Assembly: GCA_049317265.1 (NCBI GenBank)
Contig: JBMOIP010000017.1
Coordinates: 10,541-74,540, forward strand
Reading direction: 5' to 3'
Origin: Bacteroidales bacterium
Lineage (GTDB): Bacteria; Bacteroidota; Bacteroidia; Bacteroidales; FEN-979
DNA length: 64,000 nucleotides
The notes under the pieces are model-generated. The model did no database searches. It was not told the origin of the DNA and worked only from the letters and a program-made list of their open reading frames with translations. Below are positions 9,975 through 19,105 of the stretch, piece by piece. The first letter of the stretch is position 1. Every line of letters begins with the position of its first letter. The position numbers and the translations under genes were made by a program.

Positions 9975-11531
9975 ATGAGGAAATTACTGTTTCTTCTAAT
10001 CTTTCTAACTACAATAACCGCTGTCGTAAGGGCGCAATATCCCAACATTACGATCGGTACTGCAAATGAGCCGAATGAACCTTCCATCTGCATCAGCCCG
10101 AAAAATCCGATGCAGATGGTAGCCGGGTCGAACACTGAAAATTATTACTATTCCGCCGACGGAGGCGCTACATGGAGTTCCGGTGTCCTTAGTTCGAGTT
10201 ACGGGGTATGGGGAGATCCGGTTGTGGTTGCCGATACCGCCGGCAGTTTCTATTTTCTCCACCTTTCAGTTCCTGACTGGTCCCAGTGGCTCGACCGCAT
10301 CGTATGCCAGAAATCAGTCAACGGCGGCCAAACGTGGAGCGATGGTTCTTTCATGGGGTTGAACGGGACCCATCAACAGGATAAGGAGTGGGCCGTGGTA
10401 GATCCGGTAAATAATACGATTTATACCTGCTGGACACAGTTTGATAAATACAACAGCGCCCTTCCGCTGGATAGTTCGAACATCCTGTTCAGCAGTTCAG
10501 CGGATGGCGGGAATACCTGGAACCCGGCGAAGCGGATCAACCAGCGGGCCGGCGATTGCCTCGACATGGACAACACCGTTGAGGGGGCTGTTCCTGCTGT
10601 AGGGCCCAACGGAGAGATCTATGTTTCATGGGCAGGACCTCTGGGGCTTGTCTTCACCAAGTCGGCAGACGGGGGTGTTTCATGGAGCAGCAACCAGGTA
10701 CTTGGCGACATCCCGGGTGGCTGGGATTTTGGCGTTCCGGGAATTTATAGGGCAAATGGGTTACCTGTTACCTGTTGCGACCTCAGCAATGGTCCATTCC
10801 GCGGAACAATTTACATTAACTGGTCTGACCAGCGCAATGGGGAGACCGACACCGATATCTGGATGATGAAATCAACCGATGGAGGAAATACCTGGTCGGT
10901 ACCTCAACGAATCAACGACGATCCCCCGGGGCGGCAGCAGTTTTTTACTTGGATGACGGTCGACCAGGTGACAGGTTTTATTTATACTGTTTTTTATGAC
11001 CGGCGAAACCACTCTGATAATCTCACCGACGTTTTCATGGCAGTTTCAAGGGATGGAGGCGAAACTTTCACTAATTTCAAAGTCAGTGAAACCCCGTTCA
11101 AGCCGAATGCATCTGTCTTTTTTGGCGACTATACACACATTGATGCCCGCAACAACATTGTTCGCCCAATATGGACTCGGCTGCAAAATGGGGCATTGAG
11201 TGTTGTGACGGCACTGGTCGACAGTATTTATACAGGGATCAGCCCGGAAAAGGAACAAGCAGTCCCCTTTTCACTTGAGCAGAATTTTCCGAATCCTGTG
11301 CACGACTACACATTCATCTCCTATAAGATCCATGCCCCTGGCAGAATAAGTTTAAAAGTGTATGATATCTACGGGCATGAGGTAGCCACCATCCTTTCAG
11401 ACGTACTGGTTTCATCCGGTAAGCATGTTGAAAGGTTCAACCGCCGTGAGTTTGGACTCATTCCTGGTTTTTACTATTTTTCACTTATAGGCAACGACCT
11501 GGTGATCAACCGGAAAATGGTCGTTGAATAA
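9975..11531 (+). CDS. BNR/Asp-box repeat (sialidase-fold-like) protein with T9SS C-terminal sorting domain
   Basis: The ATG at 9975 gives signal peptide MRKLLFLLIFLTTITAVVRAQ. Six Asp-box motifs are present (SADGGATW, SVNGGQTW, SADGGNTW, SADGGVSW, STDGGNTW, SRDGGETF). The C-terminal ~80 aa (FPNPVHDYTFISYKI...KVYDIYGHEV...) resemble a T9SS CTD. Confidence 0.75.
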   Translation: MRKLLFLLIFLTTITAVVRAQYPNITIGTANEPNEPSICISPKNPMQMVAGSNTENYYYSADGGATWSSGVLSSSYGVWGDPVVVADTAGSFYFLHLSVPDWSQWLDRIVCQKSVNGGQTWSDGSFMGLNGTHQQDKEWAVVDPVNNTIYTCWTQFDKYNSALPLDSSNILFSSSADGGNTWNPAKRINQRAGDCLDMDNTVEGAVPAVGPNGEIYVSWAGPLGLVFTKSADGGVSWSSNQVLGDIPGGWDFGVPGIYRANGLPVTCCDLSNGPFRGTIYINWSDQRNGETDTDIWMMKSTDGGNTWSVPQRINDDPPGRQQFFTWMTVDQVTGFIYTVFYDRRNHSDNLTDVFMAVSRDGGETFTNFKVSETPFKPNASVFFGDYTHIDARNNIVRPIWTRLQNGALSVVTALVDSIYTGISPEKEQAVPFSLEQNFPNPVHDYTFISYKIHAPGRISLKVYDIYGHEVATILSDVLVSSGKHVERFNRREFGLIPGFYYFSLIGNDLVINRKMVVE

Positions 11532-11584
11532 CCCGGGTTGCTCAGAAACTTTTTACCCCTGTTTTGTTTCTTGTTTTCGGATTA

Positions 11585-11614
11585 TTCCTACCTTTGTCCC
11601 GCCAGAGGTAGGAA
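11585..11614. promoter_or_regulatory. Perfect 9-bp inverted repeat (TTCCTACCT-N12-AGGTAGGAA) overlapping a TACCTTTG -7 box; candidate TetR operator
   Basis: The arms at 11585-11593 and 11606-11614 are exact reverse complements. The TAnnTTTG box at 11589-11596 lies inside the left arm. The element is 49 nt upstream of the tetR-like ATG at 11663. Confidence 0.45.
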
Positions 11615-11662
11615 CCCCTGGTCATTAGGGATGAGAAAAGTGGGTTTCATTAAACAGATAGA

Positions 11663-12289
11663 ATGGATAAAGCATTGATAGATATACTTGAAAGAGTAAG
11701 GGAACTTTTCTACAAATATGGTGTGAGAAGTGTTTCCGTTGATGATATTTGCCGTGACCTGGGAATGTCGAAAAAGAAACTATACCAGCATGTGGCCAGT
11801 AAAACAGAATTGGTCGCCAAGTTGCTGGAACTTGAACGTCAGAATTTTGAGATCATCTTTGACAATCATAACTTCGAGGGGGTAAATGCCATCGACATCC
11901 TGCTTATCGTAAGCCGTGATCTTGGCGACCGTTTCCGTGATGTAAGCCCATCAATGACCTTTGATCTTAAAAAGTATTACCCTGAAATTTACCACAAACA
12001 TGTTGATGAGCGAATTGAGTTCATTTACAGTAAAATACAAATAAATCTCCAGAAAGGGATCAGCCAGGGAATGTACCGGGATGATCTCAGCATCGAGCTG
12101 GTTGCCCGGCTCTATATCCGCCGGTTGATTGATCTTCATAATCCTGAATTTTTTCCGGCTGATAAATTTTCATTCCAGACCCTGTTCGATGTCATGTTCG
12201 ACCATTTCATCCGTGGAATTGCCAATCCGAGCGGGATAGATTATTATGAAAAGCAAAAACGGAAGGTTAACTTTAAAAAATTTAATTAA
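11663..12289 (+). CDS. TetR/AcrR family transcriptional regulator
   Basis: 208 aa with N-terminal HTH VSVDDICRDLGMSKKKLYQHVASK. It is a paralog of the regulator at 18322-18960 (shared NPSM..D.KKYYP motif). Confidence 0.85.
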   Translation: MDKALIDILERVRELFYKYGVRSVSVDDICRDLGMSKKKLYQHVASKTELVAKLLELERQNFEIIFDNHNFEGVNAIDILLIVSRDLGDRFRDVSPSMTFDLKKYYPEIYHKHVDERIEFIYSKIQINLQKGISQGMYRDDLSIELVARLYIRRLIDLHNPEFFPADKFSFQTLFDVMFDHFIRGIANPSGIDYYEKQKRKVNFKKFN

Positions 12290-12294
12290 CTCCA

Positions 12295-13659
12295 ATGAAC
12301 TACCGGTTTTTTACCAGCCTTGTCATTTTATTTCTGATTTGCGGCATCGTTGCCCATGCACAACAACCTGTTGCCGGGGGATCGGCTGAAGTATTGAAAT
12401 TCTCGCTCGAACAGGCACAGGCTTACGCCCTTAAAAACAATTACGACCTGAAGAATTCAACCATCGATGTGGAGATAGCCCGTAAAATGGTTAAGCAAAA
12501 TACGGCCATTGGATTGCCTCAGGTTAATGGCGGTATCGATTATACGAACAACATCCTTATTCCGACAACCATTTTGCCCGGGGAACTGAGAAACCAGCCA
12601 GGAACCTCTTTTCCTGTTCAGTTTGGGACAGCGTATAATGCAAGCTTCAAGGGATCACTTACACAGCTTATATACAGCGGCCAATACCTTGTTGGATTGC
12701 AGACAGCCAAGGCATTTCTTGAAACAGCCATCCAAAGGGATGTGCGCAATGTGGTTGATGTACGGGACCTGGTTGCCGACGATTATATCCGCCTGCTGGT
12801 GGTAGATGAAGGAATCAAGATTCTTGACTCCACCTACTCAGTTGTGAGCAAATTGGTGGAAGAGGCGCAGAAAAGTTTTTCTGTCGGATTGATCGAGGAT
12901 ATTGATGTGGACCAGGCGCAATTGAACAAGTCAAACCTGGAGGCTACGATAACCAATACAAAAAGCCTGAGAAACCTGGGTTATGCACACCTCAAATTTG
13001 TGATTGGCCTGAAGGACAACCAGGAGTTGGTCCAAACCGACAACCTTGAGTTCTTCATTGCACAGGTTAACCACGATGCCCTGATCAACCAGCCGTTTGA
13101 TTACAAGACAAATCTTGATTTTGTACTGCTGAAAAAGGCTGATTACCTGACGATGATGCAGTACAAACTTGCAAAAACAGCCTATCAGCCTACCCTGAGC
13201 GGATTTTTATCCGGCAATGTCGGCGCCCAGCGAAGCACCTGGAACTTTTTTGACACCGGTGAGAGCTGGTACCCCAGCGCAATGTTCGGTATCTCCCTGC
13301 AAATACCCATCTGGAGCAGCGGAAGCCGTAAATATACCGTTGACCAGGCCTATCTTAAAGTGGAGCAATCTAAAATTACCGATGAAAAGACAAAGGTAGG
13401 GTTGGAACTCCAGGTAGAAACCGTGAAATCAGATTTCAGCAATGCCTATGCGATCTATCAAAACAAGATCAAAGGATTTCAGCTGGCCCTTAAGATCTAT
13501 GAGAAAACCATGGAAAAATACAAGCAGGGCATGGTTGGAAGTACCGATCTGAATCAACGGTACAATCAATTCCTTGTTTCAAACAGTGACTATTTCCAGT
13601 CAATTTATACGCTACTCAGCCAGAAAATCAAACTGAACAAGCTCCTGGAAAAGTACTAG
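12295..13659 (+). CDS. TolC-family outer membrane efflux protein
   Basis: 454 aa with a signal peptide and a two-repeat outer membrane efflux protein architecture. It starts 5 nt after the TetR gene and is convergent with the RND permease gene. Confidence 0.85.
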   Translation: MNYRFFTSLVILFLICGIVAHAQQPVAGGSAEVLKFSLEQAQAYALKNNYDLKNSTIDVEIARKMVKQNTAIGLPQVNGGIDYTNNILIPTTILPGELRNQPGTSFPVQFGTAYNASFKGSLTQLIYSGQYLVGLQTAKAFLETAIQRDVRNVVDVRDLVADDYIRLLVVDEGIKILDSTYSVVSKLVEEAQKSFSVGLIEDIDVDQAQLNKSNLEATITNTKSLRNLGYAHLKFVIGLKDNQELVQTDNLEFFIAQVNHDALINQPFDYKTNLDFVLLKKADYLTMMQYKLAKTAYQPTLSGFLSGNVGAQRSTWNFFDTGESWYPSAMFGISLQIPIWSSGSRKYTVDQAYLKVEQSKITDEKTKVGLELQVETVKSDFSNAYAIYQNKIKGFQLALKIYEKTMEKYKQGMVGSTDLNQRYNQFLVSNSDYFQSIYTLLSQKIKLNKLLEKY

Positions 13660-13669
13660 CCTTCTCCTT

Positions 13670-16600
13670 TTACTTTCTTGCACGTTTCTTTGCCAGGCGA
13701 TTAGATCTCCTGCGCCTGATTCCCGCGATCATCTGGGCATCAATCAACACCATGGCCGGCACGAATACAAGGGTAAGGAAAGTAGCAAAGCTCAATCCAA
13801 AGATGATTGTCCACGAAAGCGGTCCCCAGAAAGCTTTATTGTCACCGCCAAAATAGAGATGCGGATTCAGTTCGGTGAAGAGGGTGATGAAATTGATGTT
13901 CATCCCAACGGCCAGCGGAACCAGCCCGAGCATTGTTGCCGTAGCCGTCAGCACAACCGGGGTGATCCTGGTTTTTCCTGCAAGGATGATGGCATCTTTG
14001 GTTTTCATGCCGCGTGACTTGAGTTCATCACCGAATTCAACGATCAGAATCCCGTTTCTCACCACAATACCGCCGAGAGCAACAATTCCCAGTCCGGTCA
14101 TGATCACACTGATTGACATTCCAAAGATGGCGATACCAAGCAATACCCCGATCACACTGAAAATCACTTCGCTGAGGATGATAAATGACTTGCTGAGCGA
14201 CCCAAACTGGGTGATCAGGATAAAGAAGATCAATCCGATGGCGATCATCATCGCTTTGATGAGGAATACCATGGTTTCCGCCTGGTCCTCTTTTTCGCCG
14301 GTGAGGTTGATCTCCACCCCTTTGGTCAGGTGGTAGGCTGGCAATGATTTGTTGATCATGGCCACAACTTCATTGGCCGTATATCCCGACAATACTTCAG
14401 ATGAAAGGGTGATAACCCGTTTGAGGTTCTTCCGCTTGATGCCTCCATACGTGTCCTTGTAATGAATGGTGGCCACGGAGGAGATCGGGATCTGGCGCAG
14501 CAGGCCGGAATTCATATCACGGTAGGTTATCTTGGCATTGATGATCTTGTTTACATTGGTGCGCTCCTTCTCAGAATAACGCAACTGGATAGGATATTCA
14601 TCCTCATCCTCCTTGTACTTGGATATCTCTTTCCCGAAAATGGCCGTTCGCAGTTCAAGCCCGATCTGTCCCAGCGATAACCCTTCGCGGTTTGCCCGCA
14701 CACGGTCAATGTCGATGATGATCTCGGGCTTGTTGTTGTCAAAATCTGATTTGATCTGTTCAATTCCGGGAATGCGCAACGAGTCGAGATAGGACTTGAA
14801 ACTGACGGAACTCGTTATTAAATCATCCAGGTTTTCCCCGGTAATTTCAATATTGATGGGTTTCCCTGTGGGCGGCCCCATCTTGTTTTTCTCGACGCTG
14901 ATGGTGGCTCCCGGGATGTTTTTCAGGTTTGCCCTGATACTGTCCATAATAGCCTGCGTTGAGACTCCTTTCCGGAATTTGCTTTCGGTAAAATTAATGG
15001 TGAGTTTTCCCTTGCTGGAGGAGACCGACCGGTCAAACATGCCGTCGCCGGCATTCAACCCCACGTTGGCAATAACCGATTCAACAATCGGATTTTTCTC
15101 CCCCAACACCTTGTTCACCTTTTTTTCAACCATCCTGGTCACCGAGTCGGTCACCAGCTGATCGGTACCTTCAGGCATTTTAATGAATACATTTACATAA
15201 ACAGGATTGTTGTTCGGAAAGAAAACGACAGGTGGTTTGGTAACCCCGATCAGGAAAAAACTGAAGAATAACAGGGAGACCACACTGACCAGGATATACC
15301 ACGGATTTCTGCCTCTCAAGGCCAGGATGAGGGTTTTCTCATACATGTGGAGCATCCAGGGCCATGTAACCGTTTGGAATTTTTGTATCGCAGACTTAAG
15401 CACCAGCCTGTAAAAAGCATTCAGCAGCAACATAAAGATGAAAATGTTCCCCAAGGCAAATCCACCGGCAACATAAGAGATTAAAGCAAGGACCAGGAAT
15501 ATGCCACTGGTGATGAGCAACTTTTTTCGGTCGGCCTTGTGTTCAACTTCGTCGTATTCATGTTTCATGAAGGTAACCGCAAAAACAGGGTTGATGATAT
15601 AGGCCACGAACAAGGAAGCGAAAAGGGTAAGAATCAATGTTACTGGCATAAAATGCATAAACTTCCCGACGATTCCCGGCCAGAAGGCGAGCGGGAAAAA
15701 GGGTGCAAGCGTAGTTAACGTTCCTGAAAGAATGGGCAGAAATACTTCACCTGCGGCGTTTTTCGCCGCTTTCACAATATCAGGCTGTTCCTTGTGCAGC
15801 CGGTGTGTGTTTTCAATAACCACAATGGCATCATCAACAATGATCCCAAGGGCAAAGATGAACCCGAACATCACGATCATATTCATCGTAAATCCAAGGC
15901 TTGGCATGATGAGATAGGCCACGAACATCGACAACGGCACGGAAAGGGCTACAAAGAAAGCATTATTGAATCCCATAAAGAACATCAGCACCACGATGAC
16001 CATGATAAACCCGATGATGATCGTATTGTTCAGTTCTTCCAGGGTGCTTTTTGTAAAACGGGACTGATCACCCGTGATGTTGACATTCAGATCGGGAGGG
16101 TAGGAGTTTTTTTTCATCACATCCATGATCTCCTTGATCTTGTCAGAGGCATTGATGAGATTCTCCCCGCTTTTCTTGATGACATTCAGGGTGATGACAT
16201 TTTTTCCATCCAGCCGGGCGAAACTCTCCTGGTCTTTAAAGGAGTCTTTAACGTCAGCCACATCCTGGATATAGACCAGGGCGCCACTGGATGATTTCAG
16301 CATGATATTCTTGATCTGGTCGGGCGATTTGAACTGTCCGGCCAGGCGAATCGTGTACTTGGTGCCGAATGATGTGATCGTGCCGGCCGAAACAGTTACA
16401 TTTTCGGCGGAAACAGCTGATTCAATGTCACGAAAGGAGACGCTTGCCGCCTGCATTTTATACATGTCGACATCAATCTGGATCTCCCGCTCAAGGGCTC
16501 CCACAATGTCAACACGGGTAATCTCCTTCAGCGTTTCGATCTTGTCCTGGGCATCCTCTGCATACTTTTTTAATCGCTGCAAATCATAATCACCGGCCAG

Positions 16601-17059
16601 GTTGATGTTCATGATCGGGATTTCGGAAATGTCAAACTCCTTGATATCCGGATCCTTTGGCAGGTTGTTCGGTAAATTTGTCTTTGCTTTGTCAACCGCA
16701 TCGCGAACCCGCTGTTTGGCTTCCGAAACTTCAATACCGGGATTGAACTCCACCACAATCGTTGAAAAATCCTGGATTGAGTTACTCGTTATCTTCTTTA
16801 CATCGGCCAGCGATTTGCACTGTTTTTCGATGGGGCGGGTAACCAGGTTTTCCATATCCTCAGGCGAAGTTCCGGGGTATACCGTATTGACCAGAATGGT
16901 AGGGATAACAATTTCAGGAAACTGCTCTTTCGGAATGCTGAAATAGGACATTAATCCCAATGTGGTGATGATGACAGTAAGCACATAAATACTTACCTTG
17001 TTGTCAATAGACCAGCTTGTTGCAAAAAATTCTTTGAGCTTGTGTTGTTTCTCTTTCAT
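13670..17059 (-). CDS. RND efflux transporter permease (AcrB family), unusually long
   Basis: 1129 aa with an RND signature around GIIVDDAIVVIEN and two large periplasmic loops. There is an extra hydrophobic segment after TM6 and a basic C-terminal tail RRRRSNRLAKKRARK. Confidence 0.9.
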   Translation of the reverse strand: MKEKQHKLKEFFATSWSIDNKVSIYVLTVIITTLGLMSYFSIPKEQFPEIVIPTILVNTVYPGTSPEDMENLVTRPIEKQCKSLADVKKITSNSIQDFSTIVVEFNPGIEVSEAKQRVRDAVDKAKTNLPNNLPKDPDIKEFDISEIPIMNINLAGDYDLQRLKKYAEDAQDKIETLKEITRVDIVGALEREIQIDVDMYKMQAASVSFRDIESAVSAENVTVSAGTITSFGTKYTIRLAGQFKSPDQIKNIMLKSSSGALVYIQDVADVKDSFKDQESFARLDGKNVITLNVIKKSGENLINASDKIKEIMDVMKKNSYPPDLNVNITGDQSRFTKSTLEELNNTIIIGFIMVIVVLMFFMGFNNAFFVALSVPLSMFVAYLIMPSLGFTMNMIVMFGFIFALGIIVDDAIVVIENTHRLHKEQPDIVKAAKNAAGEVFLPILSGTLTTLAPFFPLAFWPGIVGKFMHFMPVTLILTLFASLFVAYIINPVFAVTFMKHEYDEVEHKADRKKLLITSGIFLVLALISYVAGGFALGNIFIFMLLLNAFYRLVLKSAIQKFQTVTWPWMLHMYEKTLILALRGRNPWYILVSVVSLLFFSFFLIGVTKPPVVFFPNNNPVYVNVFIKMPEGTDQLVTDSVTRMVEKKVNKVLGEKNPIVESVIANVGLNAGDGMFDRSVSSSKGKLTINFTESKFRKGVSTQAIMDSIRANLKNIPGATISVEKNKMGPPTGKPINIEITGENLDDLITSSVSFKSYLDSLRIPGIEQIKSDFDNNKPEIIIDIDRVRANREGLSLGQIGLELRTAIFGKEISKYKEDEDEYPIQLRYSEKERTNVNKIINAKITYRDMNSGLLRQIPISSVATIHYKDTYGGIKRKNLKRVITLSSEVLSGYTANEVVAMINKSLPAYHLTKGVEINLTGEKEDQAETMVFLIKAMMIAIGLIFFILITQFGSLSKSFIILSEVIFSVIGVLLGIAIFGMSISVIMTGLGIVALGGIVVRNGILIVEFGDELKSRGMKTKDAIILAGKTRITPVVLTATATMLGLVPLAVGMNINFITLFTELNPHLYFGGDNKAFWGPLSWTIIFGLSFATFLTLVFVPAMVLIDAQMIAGIRRRRSNRLAKKRARK

Positions 17060-17071
17060 TTCCGGTTCAGA

Positions 17072-18190
17072 TTAGTAGGCGATGGGCTGGCCATTGTATA
17101 GGTCCTTATACCCGGCGGTGATGATTTTGTCTCCCTCATTCAGCCCGCTTAAAACTTCAGTGAGGCCGTCATACGAAATGGAAGGTGTGATGGTGCGTTT
17201 GCGAGCGATTTTCTTTCCGTTTTCTTCAACGGCAACAAAGACAAACTGTCCTTCATCGCGTGAATTCTGAATGAAGTTTTGTGGAATCGCGATGGCAGAC
17301 AGGTTCGAATAATCCTTGATGCGGAGCACTGCGATCATGTTTGCCCTGAAGATGATATCAGAACCAGGCAAAGCGGCTTCAACAAGAAATGTACGGTTTG
17401 TCGGGTTGATGTATTTGCTCGCAAAGGTGATCTGCTGAATAAGCTCCCGGTTGATGTCCGGTAAAAATACCTTAACCTGGTCCCCTGTTTTTACTTTTGA
17501 CGAATAAGCTTCGCCAACATCAGCCAGGGCCTTGGCTTTCGAAAAATTGACGATTCGGAAGGCAGGAATCGGAGAGGCGGGCGAGGCAAGCTGGCCTACC
17601 TTGATAGGGATATCTTCAACCGTGCCATTGATGGGCGAGGTGATGACCGACATTTTTATCTGTTCATCAAGTGTGGAAATTCCATTTTGCACGGTTTCCA
17701 TATCGTTTTTTGCCTTCAGGTACTGTACTTCCGATCCGATTTTCTGATCCCAGAGCGCCTTCTGGCGTTTGAAAATATCGGTCACGAACGCCAGTTTGTT
17801 CTGAAGGTCGGTCAGTTGTTGTTTGAGGACTTCTGCATCGAGTTCTGCCAGGACCTGTCCTGCTTTAACGGCATCTCCTTCATGAACAAGGAGCCTGGTT
17901 ACCATCCCGCCCTGGCCCCTTGGATTTACGGCGATGTTCTCGTTACCGTCGATTCGTCCCTGAACCTCAATATAATGTTCAAAGGTTTTTTTAGTGAGGA
18001 CATCCACCGTAACAGGAGTGGAGGTGGTGGCATTGGCTGGAGCGAGTTCTTTTTCCAGCTTCATGATCTCTTCGGTGAGCTTATCATGTTCCTTCTTCAA
18101 CTGGTCAAGCCGGGATTTTTTATCCCCGTCTTTGCTGGAACAACCTGCAAGAATTAACAGAATACCGGTAACAAGAAAAAAGTGTTTCAT
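17072..18190 (-). CDS. RND efflux periplasmic adaptor (membrane fusion protein) lipoprotein
   Basis: Lipoprotein signal MKHFFLVTGILLILAGCSS, using the ATG at 18190 (an alternative ATG lies at 18202). A coiled-coil segment and beta-barrel domains typical of the HlyD/MFP family are present. The gene lies 12 nt upstream of the permease gene. Confidence 0.85.
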   Translation of the reverse strand: MKHFFLVTGILLILAGCSSKDGDKKSRLDQLKKEHDKLTEEIMKLEKELAPANATTSTPVTVDVLTKKTFEHYIEVQGRIDGNENIAVNPRGQGGMVTRLLVHEGDAVKAGQVLAELDAEVLKQQLTDLQNKLAFVTDIFKRQKALWDQKIGSEVQYLKAKNDMETVQNGISTLDEQIKMSVITSPINGTVEDIPIKVGQLASPASPIPAFRIVNFSKAKALADVGEAYSSKVKTGDQVKVFLPDINRELIQQITFASKYINPTNRTFLVEAALPGSDIIFRANMIAVLRIKDYSNLSAIAIPQNFIQNSRDEGQFVFVAVEENGKKIARKRTITPSISYDGLTEVLSGLNEGDKIITAGYKDLYNGQPIAY

Positions 18191-18242
18191 AGTGGGAATC
18201 ATATTGATAAGGGGTGCATTGCTTTATCTGGAATTCAAAGGG

Positions 18243-18250
18243 CAAATATA
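18243..18250 (-). promoter_or_regulatory. -7 promoter box (TATATTTG on minus strand) for the adaptor-permease operon
   Basis: CAAATATA on the plus strand is an exact TAnnTTTG match on the minus strand, about 50 nt upstream of the adaptor start. Confidence 0.45.
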
Positions 18251-18309
18251 GGAATTTTCAGCACGTAAAAAACTTTTCACTCGAAAATCGTTTCCATGGG
18301 TCTTTTTCT

Positions 18310-18317
18310 TACTTTTG
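18310..18317 (+). promoter_or_regulatory. -7 promoter box (TACTTTTG) immediately upstream of the second tetR paralog; implies a near-leaderless mRNA
   Basis: The exact TAnnTTTG match ends only 4 nt before the ATG at 18322. Confidence 0.4.
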
Positions 18318-18321
18318 CACG

Positions 18322-18960
18322 ATGAATGCAAAGGCGCAACATATTCTTGAACAGGTTGAAAAACTTTATCGCCGGTATGGTATCAAAAGTGTTACCATGG
18401 ATGATGTTGCCAGCCATCTTGGGGTGTCCAAGAAGACCATTTATGAGTTTTTCAGCGACAAGGAGGACCTGGTTAAACAGGTTTTGTTGTTTGATCACGA
18501 CCACCGGTGTGATTTTTTAAATGCGTTGGAAAACGAGAATCTCAACGCCATTGAGTCGCTGTTTGAAGTATATAAGATGATCAATGCGACCCTTCGGGAA
18601 TTCAATCCTTCCATGGAATATGATATTAAAAAATACTATCCCAACCTTTTCCTGAAGATGAGGGAAGTAAAGCGAAAACGAATGTATGAGGCAGTTTTCA
18701 ATAACTTAAACCAGGGAAAGAAGGAAGGACTGTACAGAAAAGAGCTCAACTCGAAAATTATTGCAAAAATACACGTATTCAGAACGGAAAGTCTCTATGA
18801 CAACGATATGTTTACGATGGAAGAGCTCACCTCCCTCAAGATGTTCCATGAAATTTTCATCTATCACATCCAGGGAATTCTGAGCCAGGAAGGCCGATCG
18901 TTTTTTGAAAACAACTTCGACAAGTTCAAAGCAACCTTAATTGAAAAGGTCAACCCCTGA
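18322..18960 (+). CDS. TetR/AcrR family transcriptional regulator (paralog 2)
   Basis: The start is set at the ATG at 18322 (MNAKAQHILEQVEKLYRRYGIKSVTMDDVASHLGVSKKTIY). It aligns residue for residue with the N-terminus of the regulator at 11663. Confidence 0.85.
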   Translation: MNAKAQHILEQVEKLYRRYGIKSVTMDDVASHLGVSKKTIYEFFSDKEDLVKQVLLFDHDHRCDFLNALENENLNAIESLFEVYKMINATLREFNPSMEYDIKKYYPNLFLKMREVKRKRMYEAVFNNLNQGKKEGLYRKELNSKIIAKIHVFRTESLYDNDMFTMEELTSLKMFHEIFIYHIQGILSQEGRSFFENNFDKFKATLIEKVNP

Positions 18961-18962
18961 AC

Positions 18963-19034
18963 CCGTCCGCCCGTCCGCCCGTCCGCCCGTCCACCTGTCC
19001 ACCTGTCCACCCGTCCACCTGTCCATCCGTCCAC
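18963..19034. repeat. Tandem octamer array, 9 copies (CCGTCCGC x3, CCGTCCAC, CTGTCCAC x2, CCGTCCAC, CTGTCCAT, CCGTCCAC), followed by T8
   Basis: Counted directly in the sequence. The period is exactly 8 bp. The array starts 3 nt after the tetR stop and is followed by tttttttt at 19035-19042. The reverse strand reads GTGGACGG/GTGGACAG/GCGGACGG. Confidence 0.95.
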
Positions 19035-19062
19035 TTTTTTTTGTAAATTTACACCCACAGGC

Positions 19063-19085
19063 AACCTAATTTCCTGATTTACGTC
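19063..19085 (+). promoter_or_regulatory. Candidate ECF-type promoter (AAC-N16-CGTC) upstream of the ECF sigma gene
   Basis: GCAACC at 19061-19066 and CGTC at 19082-19085 are separated by 16 nt, resembling the generic ECF -35 AAC / -10 CGT arrangement. The element lies 21 nt upstream of the ATG at 19106. No TAnnTTTG box is present here. Confidence 0.3.
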
Positions 19086-19105
19086 TGTTTAATAGTTAAA
19101 ATTGG

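Noticed and set aside
18203-18321. A second copy of the TTCCTACCT/AGGTAGGAA operator in the adaptor-tetR2 intergenic region
   Set aside because: Only weak imperfect symmetry (GAATTTTC ... GAAAATCG) and an isolated TAGGAA are present, so there is no convincing palindrome.
18963-19034. Possible CRISPR array
   Set aside because: The units are only 8 bp and directly abutting, with no spacers. No cas genes are in the window. The same applies to the arrays at 27082 and 46742.
18864-19064. 66-aa minus-strand ORF translating the octamer array as a GGRxDRWTGGR-like repeat
   Set aside because: The 8-bp period is not a multiple of 3, so the peptide periodicity is an artefact. The ORF has no start context, and I treat the array as non-coding.
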